Shown here: one piece after another, positions 37,738-51,220 of the stretch
Layout: each line of letters starts with the position of its first letter
Numbering within the stretch: the first letter of the stretch is position 1
DNA from: Octopus vulgaris
Taxonomy: Eukaryota
Length of the DNA: 64,000 nucleotides
Direction of reading: 5' to 3'
NCBI GenBank assembly: GCA_951406725.2
Contig: OX597822.1
Location: 27,218,001 to 27,282,000 of the forward strand
Notes under the pieces: model-generated
Told to the model about the DNA's origin: nothing
Database searches by the model: none
What the model saw: only the letters and a program-made list of their open reading frames with translations
Made by a program: the position numbers and the translations under genes

Positions 37738-37905
37738 AAGCAAAAGACGAAGACAGGTGGTGTACAAAACAAACAGATGTATTAGCATAACGTTCACGAA
37801 TGGAAAAAATCTTTTACGTTTCGAGCCTACGCTCTTCTACAGAAAGGGACACAGAAAAAAACAAGGAGGAAAAAAAATGTGTGTAGTGGCTAACGATCTA
37901 TCATG
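37738..37905 (-). mobile_element. Penelope-like terminal repeat fragment with hammerhead-like motif
   Basis: Homologous to 53438-53605. Minus strand CTTT-CTGTAGA-AGAGC-GTAG-GCTC-GAAAC-GTA-AAAG. Confidence 0.55.
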
Positions 37906-38432
37906 GGGACTGCCGGACAGAAGGGTCACACAGGGGAGCGAAGAAGTAGGGGAGATAAAGTAAATATGACCCCCCCCAGCTCGAAGGTGCGTGTGTGTAT
38001 AAGAGAGTACGTATGTGCGTGTGAAAGAGGGCTGGTGGTCTGGACGTGTGCGTGTATGTATGTGTAGGTGTGAAAATATGGGGATGGGAATTGGTCAGTG
38101 CTAGTGTTGTGATGTAATGTGCCAAACTTAATATAAGTACTGGGGTCGATTTGATCAAGCTAATCCCGCCAAGGCAATGCCCTAGGCCGTGCCATAGCTG
38201 CCAAATGCCTGAAACAGGTAAACGAATGGAAGAATATCGCTTTGAACAAAGAAGACCACATTGCACCATGCAATCATGGTGATGACGATAATGATGGTGG
38301 TAGCTGTAGTGGTAGTGATGGCCATAATTGGAATGATATTCAGCATAGTTCTGTTTAATCGATCAGCGTTGACCATGGGCTAAAGAACACGAACAAAGAA
38401 AAACAAACAAGTACAATATTTTCTTGTACATT

Positions 38433-38912
38433 AGGCACAAGCATGGCTGTGTCGTAAGAAGCTTGCGATTCAACTACATATATGATTGTGGGTTCAGTCT
38501 CACTGCGTGGCACCCTTGGTAAGTATCTTCTACTATATCCTTGGGCCGACCAATGCATTTTGAGTGAATTTCGTAGACTGAAAACTGAAAGAAGCCCGTT
38601 GTCGTGGCACCTTGAGCAGGTGTCTTCTACTATAACCTCGGGCCGACCAAAGCCTTGTGAGTGGATTTGATAGACGGAAACTGAAAGAAGCCCGTCGTAT
38701 ATATATATGTATACGTGTGTGTATATGTTTGTGCGTCTGTTTGTCCCTCACCCAACATCGCTTGACAACCGATGGTGGTGTGTTTACGTCTCCGTAACTT
38801 AGTGGCTCGGTAAAACAGTACTAGGCTTACAAAGAATAAGTCTTGAGGTCGATTTTCTCGACTAAATGTGGTGCTCCAGCATGGCCGCGGTCAAATGACT
38901 GAAGTAAAAGAA
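38433..38912 (+). mobile_element. SINE family A with duplicated CORE-like segment
   Basis: CGTGGCACC...GAAAGAAGCCCGT occurs twice (about 38506-38598 and 38603-38698). Confidence 0.85.
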
Positions 38913-39249
38913 TAACAGAATATATATATATGTCTGTGTGTGTAGAAAAAGAAAAAAAAAGAAGTACTAGGATGGATTCATTCGACTAAAGACTCTTCAA
39001 GTCGGTGCCCCAGCATGACCGCAGTCTAACGACTGAAACAAGTAAACAAAAAAAAAAATAAAAGATAAAAGATTGGTCAGTTCATCATTCAACTATTTTT
39101 AGATCTACTTAATGAAGGAACAAAGAAACGAACGAAGGACGGAATAAGCAAACCAACGAAGGAACGAGCGAACGAGCGAATAAAGGAATGAATGAACGGA
39201 TGAATGAGCGAATGAACGCTAACCAACTAACTGTAGCTAAAGCTATCTC

Positions 39250-40000
39250 ACACCACCACCACCACCACCACCACCACCACCGCCGCCGCCGCTGCTATCA
39301 GCATCACAAGCTAAACAAAGTAACTAGCTAATACCATGTCTAATATAACTTTCGCCGCCATCACACTACAACCACCACACTACCACTACCACCACTACTA
39401 CCACCACTGATTAACTCTACTATGTTATCGATCATCATCACCACATCTACAACCTCCCACCACCACAATCTTCATCACTAACATCACCAACACACAACTA
39501 ACACTGCTTCTACACCACCATCGTCATACCAATAAGGCTACCATCACCACCACCACCACCACCACCACCACCCAAAACCACAATAACAACAACATCAGCA
39601 ACAGCAACAGCAACAACATAATCAACCACATCATCACTACAATCATACCACACTATCATACCGATACTATCACCACCACCACCACCACCACCACCACCAG
39701 CAACATAACAACCACAAGCATCACCTCTATCTTAGCCACCACCACCTCTACCACCACCACAGTCACAAGCACCACTACTGCCACCGCCGTTGCCGCCACA
39801 ACCACCACCACCACCGCACCACTACCGCTACACTACCACCACCACCACCACCACACCACTACCGCCACACTACCACCACCATCAGCAGCACCACCACCAC
39901 AACCACAACCACCATCAGCAGCACCACCACCACACCACACCACCACCACCACATCCACAACAATCACCTCCGCAACAACCACCAGCACCACCACGATTGT
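39250..40000. repeat. Degenerate (CAC/CAT/CAA)n low-complexity region
   Basis: Direct reading. Confidence 0.9.
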
Positions 40001-40430
40001 CACAACCGATGATGACGACTATAGTGATGGGGACGATTAGGAGGCTAATCAGGTAATTAATCATCTCTTCGGCAACCTTAATTAAGATACGGCCTTTTAT
40101 TTAAGGTTACCTATAATAGCGGAGTAAATGTCTTTGAAATTTCGCGTAATATCGTTTAAAACAAATCATTTGAATGATAGATAGAGATACAGAATAATCA
40201 ATGAAAGATGCGAACGAAGACAAAGCACTGCTGAGAAATGCGCAAGCATTCTTAGCAATGGACATACACACACATACAGACAGAAAGACACACACACGCA
40301 CACACATACATACACACATACATACACACATACATACATACATACATACATACATACATACATACATACATACTTACGTACATACATAAATGTATACATA
40401 CATATATAAACACAAATGAACGTACGTATT

Positions 40431-40792
40431 CTTCTACTTGTTTCAGTCATTTTGACTGCGGCCATGCTGGAGCGCCGCCTTCAGTCGAACAAATCGACTC
40501 CATGACTTATTCTATTAGGTCTCTTTGGCCGAACCGCTGGATTACGGGGGACGTAAACACAGTAACATCGGTTGTCAAGCGATGGTGGGGTGACAAACAC
40601 AGATACAAAAACATATACATATATATATATATACATACGACGGGCTTCTATTCAGTTTCCGTCTACCAAATCCACTTACAAGGCTTTGGTCGGCCCGAGG
40701 TTATAGTAGAAGACACTTGCCCAAAGTGCTATGCAGTGGGGCTGAACCTGGAACCATGTGGTTGGGAAGCAAGCTTCTTACCACACAGCCAC

Positions 40793-40796
<4 letters not shown>
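40431..40796 (-). mobile_element. SINE family A
   Basis: Reverse-complement match. Confidence 0.9.
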
Positions 40797-40847
<51 letters not shown>

Positions 40848-40850
<3 letters not shown>

Positions 40851-41008
40851 GGCTGTTGTAGGGGACATTAAACCAAGGTACCACATAGTGGGACTGAACC
40901 CGAAGCCATGTAGTTGGGAAGCAAGCTTCTTACCACACATTCACACATATTTATACAATCACACATACATACATACATAAATACATACATACATACATAC
41001 ATATATAC

Positions 41009-41060
<52 letters not shown>

Positions 41061-41179
41061 GTATATGTATATGTATATATGTATATATGTGTGGTAAGAA
41101 GCTTGCTTCCCAACTACATGGCTTCGGGTTCAGTTCCACTATGTGGTACCTTGGTTTAATGTCCCCTACAACAGCCTTT
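40848..41179. repeat. 93-bp inverted repeat (SINE A head) around a microsatellite spacer
   Basis: Arms 40848-40940 and 41087-41179 with one mismatch. Confidence 0.95.
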
Positions 41180-42851
41180 GGCCAACAAAGCCTTGTAAGT
41201 GGATCCGGTAGATGGCGAGACTAGCTCAGGAGGACGCGTCGTGTGTTCGAACTCGAGTCGTCGTCGTTGCAATGCGAACTGTTTCGTCATGGCCAAGTCA
41301 CACGTCACTTATTTGAAGATTGCTTCTGTTATGCATTAGGAAGGTAAGATGAAGCACGAAGCCTTATATTAAGCGGAAGGTGAGAGAGATGAAGTGGGGG
41401 GGGGGCAGAAAGTGGAAAATGCCAAAGAAAGAAAAGTAGAGAAAGAGAGAGAGAGAGAGAGGGAGAGGAAAAAAGTGAGAAAGGAAGAGAGAGACGGTCA
41501 GACTGATAGGTAGAGTATCATTTATAAAGTAAAAAAGAAAACTGATATTGGTATACGAAGTCGATTTATTAGACTATCCCTTCGAGGCGGTGTCTCAGCA
41601 TGGACGTACTCTAATGAAGAAACAAAGTACAAGAGAATATTCTATTGCTTTTCAATCTCTCTTTTCTTTTCGTTTTTCTTGCCTTTGCTTACAAGTAATA
41701 TATTGCATACATATACTATACGTATTTACATATCTTTCATCTAAACAGGGCGTCTTTGACTGGCGTACTTGTATATTGGCTGTTCCATTGTTGTGGGGGA
41801 AAAAATGTTAATTCCTATCCAAACTTCGAAGCAACCGCAATGAAGCTATATGAAATTTCTGGGTTTTTACAGTTTTTGAAAGAACAAAAGCCAAACGTCA
41901 ATACGTCACTGCAAGCACTTGCACTTGTAAAAACTTTCATCATCTTTATTGTTTTAAGATTCACATTTCAACTCTGGCATGAGTCAGACGAAAACAGATG
42001 CTCTTCATGTTGGCAAACTTTACACGTTTCCAAACAAGAAACTATTTCTCCTCTGCCTTTCGAAAGATGTACTACTCAATAGTAAGGCATCTTATGGTGT
42101 AGATTGCAAAGGAAGGCATTATCGCATAAACGGCGCTTTCGTTTGCATTTCATGTTCTGTCGAACCCCGACCGTTTCCCACTAGTTTCTTTTCCACTATT
42201 GCCAGATATTGCACATTCTACATTTGTTATACACTGCAGTGCTTTTCAACTTCATTTTTTTCTTTTGTTATTTTTAACAACAACTGTCATTGCAAAATTT
42301 TCAAACATTGAAACAATATTGTCCATAAAATATTTTGCTTTTTATGATGCATTTCAGCATCGCTTCGAATATCAACCACTATTCATTTGGATCTCTTTCT
42401 ATTATTACAGACACTGTAGTGTCTACATATCCCATCCACTGCAGTCTTATCTAAGTAACGTTTTGCTTTGTTGTTGTTGCTGTTAGTTTGGCACTATCTA
42501 GGAACATTAGCTGGGTAACATCCGTATCTTAAAAGAATCTTGGAAACCATACTACGAATCCATCAAGTATTTCACTGAATTCAATTATTGGAATATTACT
42601 CTCGTATACAATGGTAACGATAGGCTATAGGGCATGTGACACTGTTACATGCTCTGTAAACTCGCTTTACCATTGTCTGAGAATGAATCGTTCTTTGGGC
42701 TATCTTTTGAATCATATGAAACGAACACAGAACGGAGTAAAATATGTTTACATAATTTATCCGCTACATAAATAAAATACCTCAATTTTTAATTGAAATT
42801 GTCTATCTATTTATAAATGTTTATCTATCTGTCTGTCTATCTATCAATCAG

Positions 42852-42946
<95 letters not shown>

Positions 42947-42949
42947 GTC

Positions 42950-42982
<33 letters not shown>

Positions 42983-43319
42983 CTCTATCTATATATCTAT
43001 CTATCTATCTAGCTATCAAGTATCACTTGAAACGGAAAGTGAAAGTAGAGAGGCAGGCTTTGTCTAGCGAATGTTTCAAAAAAAGATGTGTGAATGTAGC
43101 AAGGATGGCACGTATGAATGACGAAGCCACCTTGAGCATAATCCTATGACCCCGGAAAAAATTAAAGCAGTGAGTTACTTACTTGCAAATAAATGTGTTT
43201 ACATGTGATATTATTGACCGAAAACCTACCCCCGTCCCTTTTTTTCTCCCCCAAAAGGAAAGCTCTACTTTGTAATTTGTCCCCTCTGTGTTCAGCCCTG
43301 CGTGGCTAATGAAGAAACA

Positions 43320-43389
<70 letters not shown>

Positions 43390-43540
43390 CCTATCTATCT
43401 ATCTCTGTGTGCAGCCCTGTGTGGCAAATAAAGAAACATATCTATCTACCTACCTATCTATCGATCGATCTTTCTGTCTATGCATATATACATACATATA
43501 TACATTGCCTTTATCCTTTAGGGGTCGATAAATTAAGTAC

Positions 43541-43596
<56 letters not shown>

Positions 43597-43828
43597 GCAT
43601 ACATAGATACATACATACATACATATCCATTTTCAGTTATTCGCATAGGAATAAGGTACGCTTTAACCAAGTCATTACAGGAAAGCACATACTCTTTAGT
43701 CTCCATTAAACGCTTCGAGACTGAGAAAAGTTAGCATATTTTTTTCTGCTTTATGACATGTTATTTAATTTATTCCCGTAATATATTTACTGCTCGTTGT
43801 TTTGCAATCATGCGTAAGTACGCACACT

Positions 43829-43861
<33 letters not shown>

Positions 43862-44576
43862 ACACACAAACACACACACACACAAACACACACATACACA
43901 CACACACATACATACACACACACATACATACACACTCCCACAGGCAAACACAGAAACATACACATAGACAACAAAAAAATATACACGCACACGCACAGAC
44001 ACAATCATGAAGTTGTGTTTAATTATAAATGCTCAAAATATTAGCTTTTCGCTATCTTTTACATTTAATTTCATGCTTTTAATTAATGTTTATAATGAAT
44101 TGGAAATCACTTGTTTTCCCAATTTAATAATTGATATTGGCGGTTTTATTCTGTGTAGGCGCTGTTTACATTGCTGTTTACCCAGACTGTACGTCTCTAC
44201 TTGTGTGGTAGGATGGGGGATGCGTGGTGGTTGGAGTTGGGATACGGCGTGTACGTCTATGCGTGTATGCATGTGTGTTTGAGTATAAAATACGTAACAG
44301 GAATTAACTTATAAGGAAATAGTTATAAACATATAAGTATATATAGCATACGTACATAAATTCGTGAATGTACATGTATATTTACGTACATATATATATA
44401 TATATAGGATAAAATCTTTATATATAAGAATTTATCAAGTAGTCAGCGTGAAAAACCTCAAAAAGGAAAAAAATTATAAATTATTCCCTTTAAATATATT
44501 TATTTATATTAAGGGTATTAACACACATAAATGCCTCACGTATCAAAACTATCATAATAAATACACACACACACAT

Positions 44577-44698
<122 letters not shown>

Positions 44699-44847
44699 TC
44701 TGAATGTTCATTATAAGTATGTATATTCGTGGGTGCGGGTTTATGTGTATGCGTGTGTGTGTGTGAGAGAGAGAGAGAGAGAAAGTGAGAGGGAGAAAGA
44801 GAGAGAACGAAAGAGAACGTGATAGAGAGATAGAGACAGATATATAC

Positions 44848-44953
<106 letters not shown>

Positions 44954-45505
44954 TGAGATGATATGCAGAATTCCCGGTGTGTGCCATAGCTAAAGAGCTT
45001 GTTGTGGGAGTCTGTCCTAAAATTATGAGAAAATTCGTGTTTAAAAAGCAGTTTCAAAGAAAGCCCAATACAAAGCTATGAGAAATAATGTAAAGGAATA
45101 ATTATTGAAACAACAAAAGAATAAGGAAGCCTTTTGAAGCAGCTGAGAGCAATTGAGAACGGGTTATATATTACAATGGAACAATTGTTTCGAGTTTTGA
45201 TGGATCTTCGTCGTTTGACAACGTGGTTCCAGGTGTTCGTTCAACCGAATTATTTGCTTCTGAATTAAATGCTTGAGTATTCCACACACGCAAATGGAAA
45301 CGTAAGGTAATTCTCATGGAAAACTAGTGTGACGCAGCGTGCAACAATTTTGTAGCTTTTGAATTACAAACACAAGGGCGATTCAGAAATGCAAGTTTTG
45401 CTTCCATTAGGTTTTGATTCAACCTCATATATATATACGAGGATGAGTCAAACAGTAGTGCAAATGAATATAACCCTCAGGTGCGGGCGTGACTGTGTAG
45501 GAAGA

Positions 45506-46289
45506 AGGCGCAGGTGTGTCTGTGTAATAAGAAGGTGACAGAATATTAGCACGCCGGGCGAAATACCGCTAAGCATTCAAATTCCGCCGAGGTCGACCTT
45601 GCCTTTCATCCTTTCAGGATCGATAAATTAAGTACCAGTTATGCACTGGGGTCGATGTAATCGACTTAATTTCTTTGTCTATCCTTGTTTGTACCCTCTT
45701 TGTTTATCCCCTTGTGGGCAATAAACAAATAAGAAACGTTAGCACGCCGGGCGAAATGCTTAACGGTATTTCGTCTGCTGTTACGTTCTGAGTTCAAATT
45801 CCGCCGAGGTCGACTTTGCCTTTCATCCTTTCGGGGTCAATTAAATAAGTACCAGTTACGCACTGGAGTCAATATAATCGACTTAATCCGTTTGTCTGCC
45901 CTTGTTTGTCCTCTCTGTGTTTAGCTCCTTGCGGGTAGTAAAGAAATAGGTATTTCGCCTGCCATTAAGGTATTTCGCCTACCATTACATTCTGAGTTCA
46001 AATTCCGCCGAGTTCAACTTTGCCTTTCATCCTTTCAGGGTCGATAAATTAAATACCAGTTACGCACTGGTTCAATGTAATCGACTTAATCCGTATGTCT
46101 GTCCTTATTTGCCCCTCTATGTTTAGCCACTTGTGGGCAATAAAGAAATAAGAAGCTTACTTTCCAGCCACATGGTTCTGGGTTCAGTACCACTGCGTGA
46201 CACCTTGGGCAAGTGTCTTGTGCTATAATCTCGGGCCGACTAAAGCCAGATGAGTGGATTCGGTAGACGGAAACTGAGAGAAGCCCGTC

Positions 46290-46349
<60 letters not shown>

Positions 46350-46530
46350 CTATATGTGTGTGTCTTTGTATCTGTGTGGTGTTGGTGTGTTTACGTCCCC
46401 TTAACCGAGCAGTTTGGCAAAAGAGACCGATAGAGTGAGTACAAAGCTTAAAACTAAATACTGGGGTCTATTCATTCGACTAAGAATACAAGGCGGTGCC
46501 CCAGCAGTAAGAGATGGAAAATAAAAGATA
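45506..46530 (+). mobile_element. SINE family A split by an inserted tandem trimer of SINE family B (45535-46154)
   Basis: The A head stops at TGTGTAATAAGAAG and resumes at AATAAGAAG-CTTAC (46147); three B bodies lie head-to-tail in between. Confidence 0.85.
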
Positions 46531-46906
46531 CTTTCCGACTCACCCTTGTACAATCTACCCGATGGGTTTCTTTTATACAGTTTTTATCTACCCAGTTGTA
46601 CTCATCAGGTATGTGTCGACCTGAGGTTTTAGTAAACGACATTTGCCCAAGGTCCCATGCTGTTGCGAAGCGAGTTTCTTAACCGTTTGCTCATACTGTA
46701 CAAACTATTTCGAATGGATGTCAGGAAATGCGGGAAAAGTTTATGTAAAGATAAAGGCATCGACATCAAAGAAACATGAATGTACTTGCAGATATTAACT
46801 GACATACGTAAATATATCCACAGAAACATACAAACAGGTAAGTACATACACAAGCACCCTCATACACACCACACACACGTACATACACACACATACATCT
46901 ATATAT

Positions 46907-47288
46907 GGGAGCACTCCGTAGGTTACGACGACGAGGGTTCCGGTTGATCCGATCAACGGAACAGCCTGCTCGTGAAATTAACGTGTAAGTGGCTGAGCAC
47001 TCCACAGATACGTGTACCCTTAACGTAGTTCTCGGGGATATTCAGCGTGACACAGAGAGTGATAAGGCCGGCCCTTTGAAGTACAGGTACAACAGAAACA
47101 GGAAGTAAGAGTGAGAGAAAGTTGTGGTGAAAGAGTACAGCAGGGATCACCACCATCCCTGCCGGTGCCTCGTGGAGCTTTAGGTGTTTTTGCTCAATAA
47201 ACACTCACAACGCCCAGTCTGGGAATCGAAACCGCGATCCTATGACTGCGAGTCCGCTGCCCTAACCACAGGGCCATTGTGCCTCCAT
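46907..47288 (-). mobile_element. SINE family C, full length, tail type 1, with TSD
   Basis: tRNA-Arg-like head (GGACTCGC arm); 18-bp TSD ACACATACATCTATATAT at 46889-46906 and 47289-47306. Confidence 0.92.
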
Positions 47289-47306
47289 ACACATACATCT
47301 ATATAT

Positions 47307-47636
47307 GGGAGCACTCTTTCGGTTACGACGACGAGGGTCCCAGCTGATACGATCAACGGAACAGCTTGCTCGAGAAATTAACGTGCAAGTGGCTGAGCAT
47401 TCCACAAACAAACCAAGACATTAGGGAGCTGGCTAGTTTTCTCCAGTGTGACAAGGTTTTCTCCAGTGGACAAGGCTGGCCCTTTTCTGAAATACAGGTA
47501 CTACTAATTTTTGCCAGCTGAGTGGACCGGAGCAACGTGAAATAAAGTGTCTTGCTCAAGGGCACAACGCGTCGCCGGGAATCGAACTCACAACCTTAAG
47601 ATCATGAGCCGAATGCCCCTAACCACTAAGCCATAC
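47307..47636 (-). mobile_element. SINE family D head plus CORE-like body with tail type 1
   Basis: Minus strand TGGCTTAGTGG...GAGTTCGATTCC...TTGTGCCCTTGAGCAAGACACTT...TCCACTCAGCTG, then the same tail as family C type 1. Confidence 0.85.
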
Positions 47637-47969
47637 TGGCAATATATATATGTATGCATATGTACATGCACATATACATGTTTGTGCGTGTGTATATTTA
47701 TGTGTGTGTATATATATTCAGAGAAAAAGAGAGAGATAAAGGGAGGGAGACAGATCGACCGACAGACAAACAGACAGGTGGACAACAAAATGCATGCGTA
47801 TGTCTGGCAGCATTAAGGAAATATATTTCTCATTAAGTTTTTTTTGTATGCAAAATCATGGCTCATCACAATGCTTGTGTCTGTGCGCGTATGCGTGTGT
47901 ATATGTGTGTGCGTGCGTGTGTGTATGTGTGTATGTGAGTGTGTGTGGACACTATACATATATATATAT

Positions 47970-48686
47970 ACGTGGTTTGATGAATAAATATACGGACTGT
48001 TGCCATAGTAACAAAGCTGAAGCACCCAGAGTAAAGTCGCTTGCCACTGATTGACCTTGAAATTTGCTGTGCATGCGCACTAAATTTTAACGTTCTATCT
48101 CACTTTCGCTGTTTACAGAAGTGCTTGGAAGGAACGTGTGTAGTGTGTGATCGTGGCATTGACCATGACAGAGAAAGTTGAGCAGAGAATCTGCATCAAA
48201 TTTTACCAAAAGCTGGCTGATCCCTGCTCAGAGGCCTACGCAAAGTTTTCAAGAAGTTTTCATCGGTCTCAACATGATCAAGATCTTGTTCAACTGAAAC
48301 CGAAATGTCTTTTTAGCCAGCTGAAAGCAGTTTGTCACAAACTCGACAGACACGAGTCTCATACCAAAATATTCAGTGATAATGGACTGAACTGAACCGT
48401 AATTAATCTGCATATCCTCTGGTGACTCACGGATGGTGATTCGATGATTTCCCTTCACAGCTGTACGCACAACGGTGATGTTTTCCGCAGTCCTGCCGCT
48501 CGACGGTCTCCTAGAACGTTCGTCAATATCGACCTTTTTTTCGGCCATCTTGGAAACGTCTGAGCCACTTGTACACTTGTGTACGGCTCATACACTCCTC
48601 TCCGTACACTTTCTGCAAATTTGCGTAGGCCTCTGAGCAGGTATCGCCATGACAACTTTCTTCGTCATGGTCAATGCGACGATCAC
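47970..48686. pseudogene. Two convergent mariner transposase 5' fragments
   Basis: Plus strand: MTEKVEQRICIKFYQKL.DPCSEAYA. Minus strand: DTCSEAYANLQKVYGEECMSRTQVYKWLRRFQDGR/KKVDIDERSRRPS...ITIRE...SVQSIITEYFGMRLVS (mariner HTH domains). Confidence 0.88.
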
Positions 48687-49012
48687 AGAGAAAGGGAAAG
48701 AGAGAGAACGCGAGAAAGAAAGAAAGGGAGAGAGAAAGAGAAGGAGAGAAAGGGACAGGGAGACAGAAAGAGAGAGAAGGCGAGAAAGAAAGAAAGAAAG
48801 AAGGAAAGAAAGGGAGAGAGAAGGAGAAAGAGAGAGAGAGAAGGCGTGAAAGAGAAAGAAGGCGAGAAGGAGAGAAAGGGTAAGAGAGAGAGAATGCGTG
48901 AAAGAGAGAGAAGGCGAGAAGGAGAGAAAGGGTAAGAGAGAGAGAATGCGTGAAAGAGAGAGAAGGCGTGAAGGGAGAGAAGGCGAGAAACACAGAAAGA
49001 AAGGGAAAGAGC
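48687..49012. repeat. Polypurine (GA-rich) tract with ~52-bp tandem unit
   Basis: GAAGGCGAGAAGGAGAGAAAGGGTAAGAGAGAGAGAATGCGTGAAAGAGAGA is repeated. Confidence 0.85.
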
Positions 49013-49427
49013 GATAGTGTGTATGTGTGTGTATATGTGTGTATGTGTGTATGTGCGCGCGCTTCGTTTTGTGTTTTCGTCTTTGTTCGTTGAAGTATTA
49101 ATGAAGAGATGCGAAGATAAGGCCAAAACAAACAAATGCCGCCTATTAAACAATGTACGACTAATTGGTACGTTTGTGGCGCAGCACAAATAAAGAGCGA
49201 TTATTATATGACACTATAGCTTCGAATTGACTGCCACGACCATTGTGAATGAACTGGGCAGAATAAAAGATCGTTGAAACCCGTCGACCGAGCTGGTTAT
49301 GCATGTAATTAAATGGTCTAATCTTGTCACATAACTCGTCACTACTCGAGAATTACGCAACGAGTTACTCGTACCTGCGGAAATTTAAGTCACTTACGCT
49401 TACATTTAATGATTTGGTATGAAGAAG

Positions 49428-49570
49428 GAGCGTGGCCTACTGGTTAGAGCGTCCCGGATCGTTGTGATAAGGCTGTAAGTTCCATTCTTGAACCGGGCAG
49501 GGTGTCGTGTCCTTTAAAAGCACTTCATACCACGTTGTTTCAGTCTACTCAGGCATAAAGGAGTACCTAT
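49428..49570 (+). mobile_element. SINE family D-like, degraded
   Basis: GCGTGGCCTACTGGTTAGAGC...GTGTCCTTTAAAAGCACTT...CACGTTG...CTACTCAG. Confidence 0.55.
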
Positions 49571-49583
49571 CGAGTGCCCTTGC

Positions 49584-49622
<39 letters not shown>

Positions 49623-50865
49623 TCTCTCTCTCTCTGTCCCTCTCAAACTATCGTGCAGATGACTGAGTTTATACAAAAAGCGGAATCGGCGTGATGACAA
49701 TATGCGACAACGCTGGTTCCTTGAATAACAGGTGCAGCCCATCCAACGGGCTTCCGTGCAGTTTCCCTGGAAGTGCTAAGGTTTCAAGGATGAAATGACC
49801 GAATGTCTGTCGATGTCTCCACGCTATTGCATTGGCACCGAAAATAATTATCAAAGGCATGGTGCATATTATGAGGCCATATTCGCTCGTGAGTGACGGC
49901 TAGCTGTACTGCGTTTCTCTATTCTTGTCCGTGGAATTTTCAGCATATATAACGAATAGCTGTGAAAGTGTGTCGTTAGGGATCTGTATTGTGTCCTTGA
50001 GCAAGACACTCCAATCCACGTTGCTCTAGTCTACGCATCTGTAAAGTAATACTTTCCGGGCGCTGGAAAAGCTCTTCCTTCTACCAACAGTTACATCGGA
50101 TATTTACTGCTGAGTCAAGTGTCAAGTGGCTGAGAGAAATCTGTCTGCTTGCAGCTATATACGTACCTAAAACTATTGGCGAAACTACGAAAGAATAGTT
50201 ACATGTTATCAAGTCAAACTCGCACACGAGTGACAGCGGACTGTACATTATTTTTAACGATGAGGTAATTCATTTGGTCGGTCAAATAAATGATCATTGA
50301 AATCGATGAATAATCCACCGCGTCTAGGACTCCAATGTCGAAGCTGTCTTTCCTCTACAAAGAGTGTAGACTATGATTTGGGAGAAATTTGGCTGCAGTT
50401 TATAATATATAAACCAACCCTGTAGTGAGTCTTTCATTGGGAACTATGTAACAATATCACACGGTTTCGAAGCTAAAACCTTTAGAAAAAGACAGACGCC
50501 CTAGATACCACATGATGGGATCGAATCCAAGGCGTCATGGTTTCACAACAACGTTCTTAACCATTCGGTCATGGCTGCGTTTAGATAGAAAGGAAGATAA
50601 CAGGCGGCTAGCAGCAGGAATAGGGAAAAGAACAAAAATAACTAAAATGAATAAGAAGGCAGGAAGAAAGTTCATTTATAAATCAGTTCGGCAAATACGT
50701 TTACACATACCCATGATGAATGGATATATTAAAGACATCATGTCAATTAACCCCGACAGTTCACATGCAATAAGGACAAACTTACTCAGTTCGATCTGTA
50801 GATCTCTGAATGCTTCCTCTCTTTCTCCATGTCTATATATATATATGTATATATGTATGTGTATA

Positions 50866-50905
<40 letters not shown>

Positions 50906-50918
50906 CATACATATATAC

Positions 50919-50973
<55 letters not shown>

Positions 50974-50984
50974 CATACATATAT

Positions 50985-51220
50985 GTGTGTGTGTATGTTT
51001 GTGTGTCTGTGCTTGCCCCCCCCCCACCCACATCGCTTGACAACCGATGCTGGTGTGTTTACATCCCCGTAACTTAGCGGTCCGGCAAAAAGAGACCGAT
51101 AGAATAAGTACTAGGCTTACAAAAATAAGTCCTGGGGTCGATTTGCTCGACTAAAGGCGGTGTTCCAGCATGGCCGCAGCCAAATGACTGAAACAAGTAA
51201 AAGAGTAAAAGAGTAAGAGT
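50985..51220 (+). mobile_element. SINE family A, 3' half
   Basis: ACATCGCTTGACAACCGATGC...GACTGAAACAAGTAAAAGAG. Confidence 0.88.

Noticed and set aside
42487-42510. miR-96-like start TTTGGCACTA
   Set aside because: Only 10 nt match; no hairpin.
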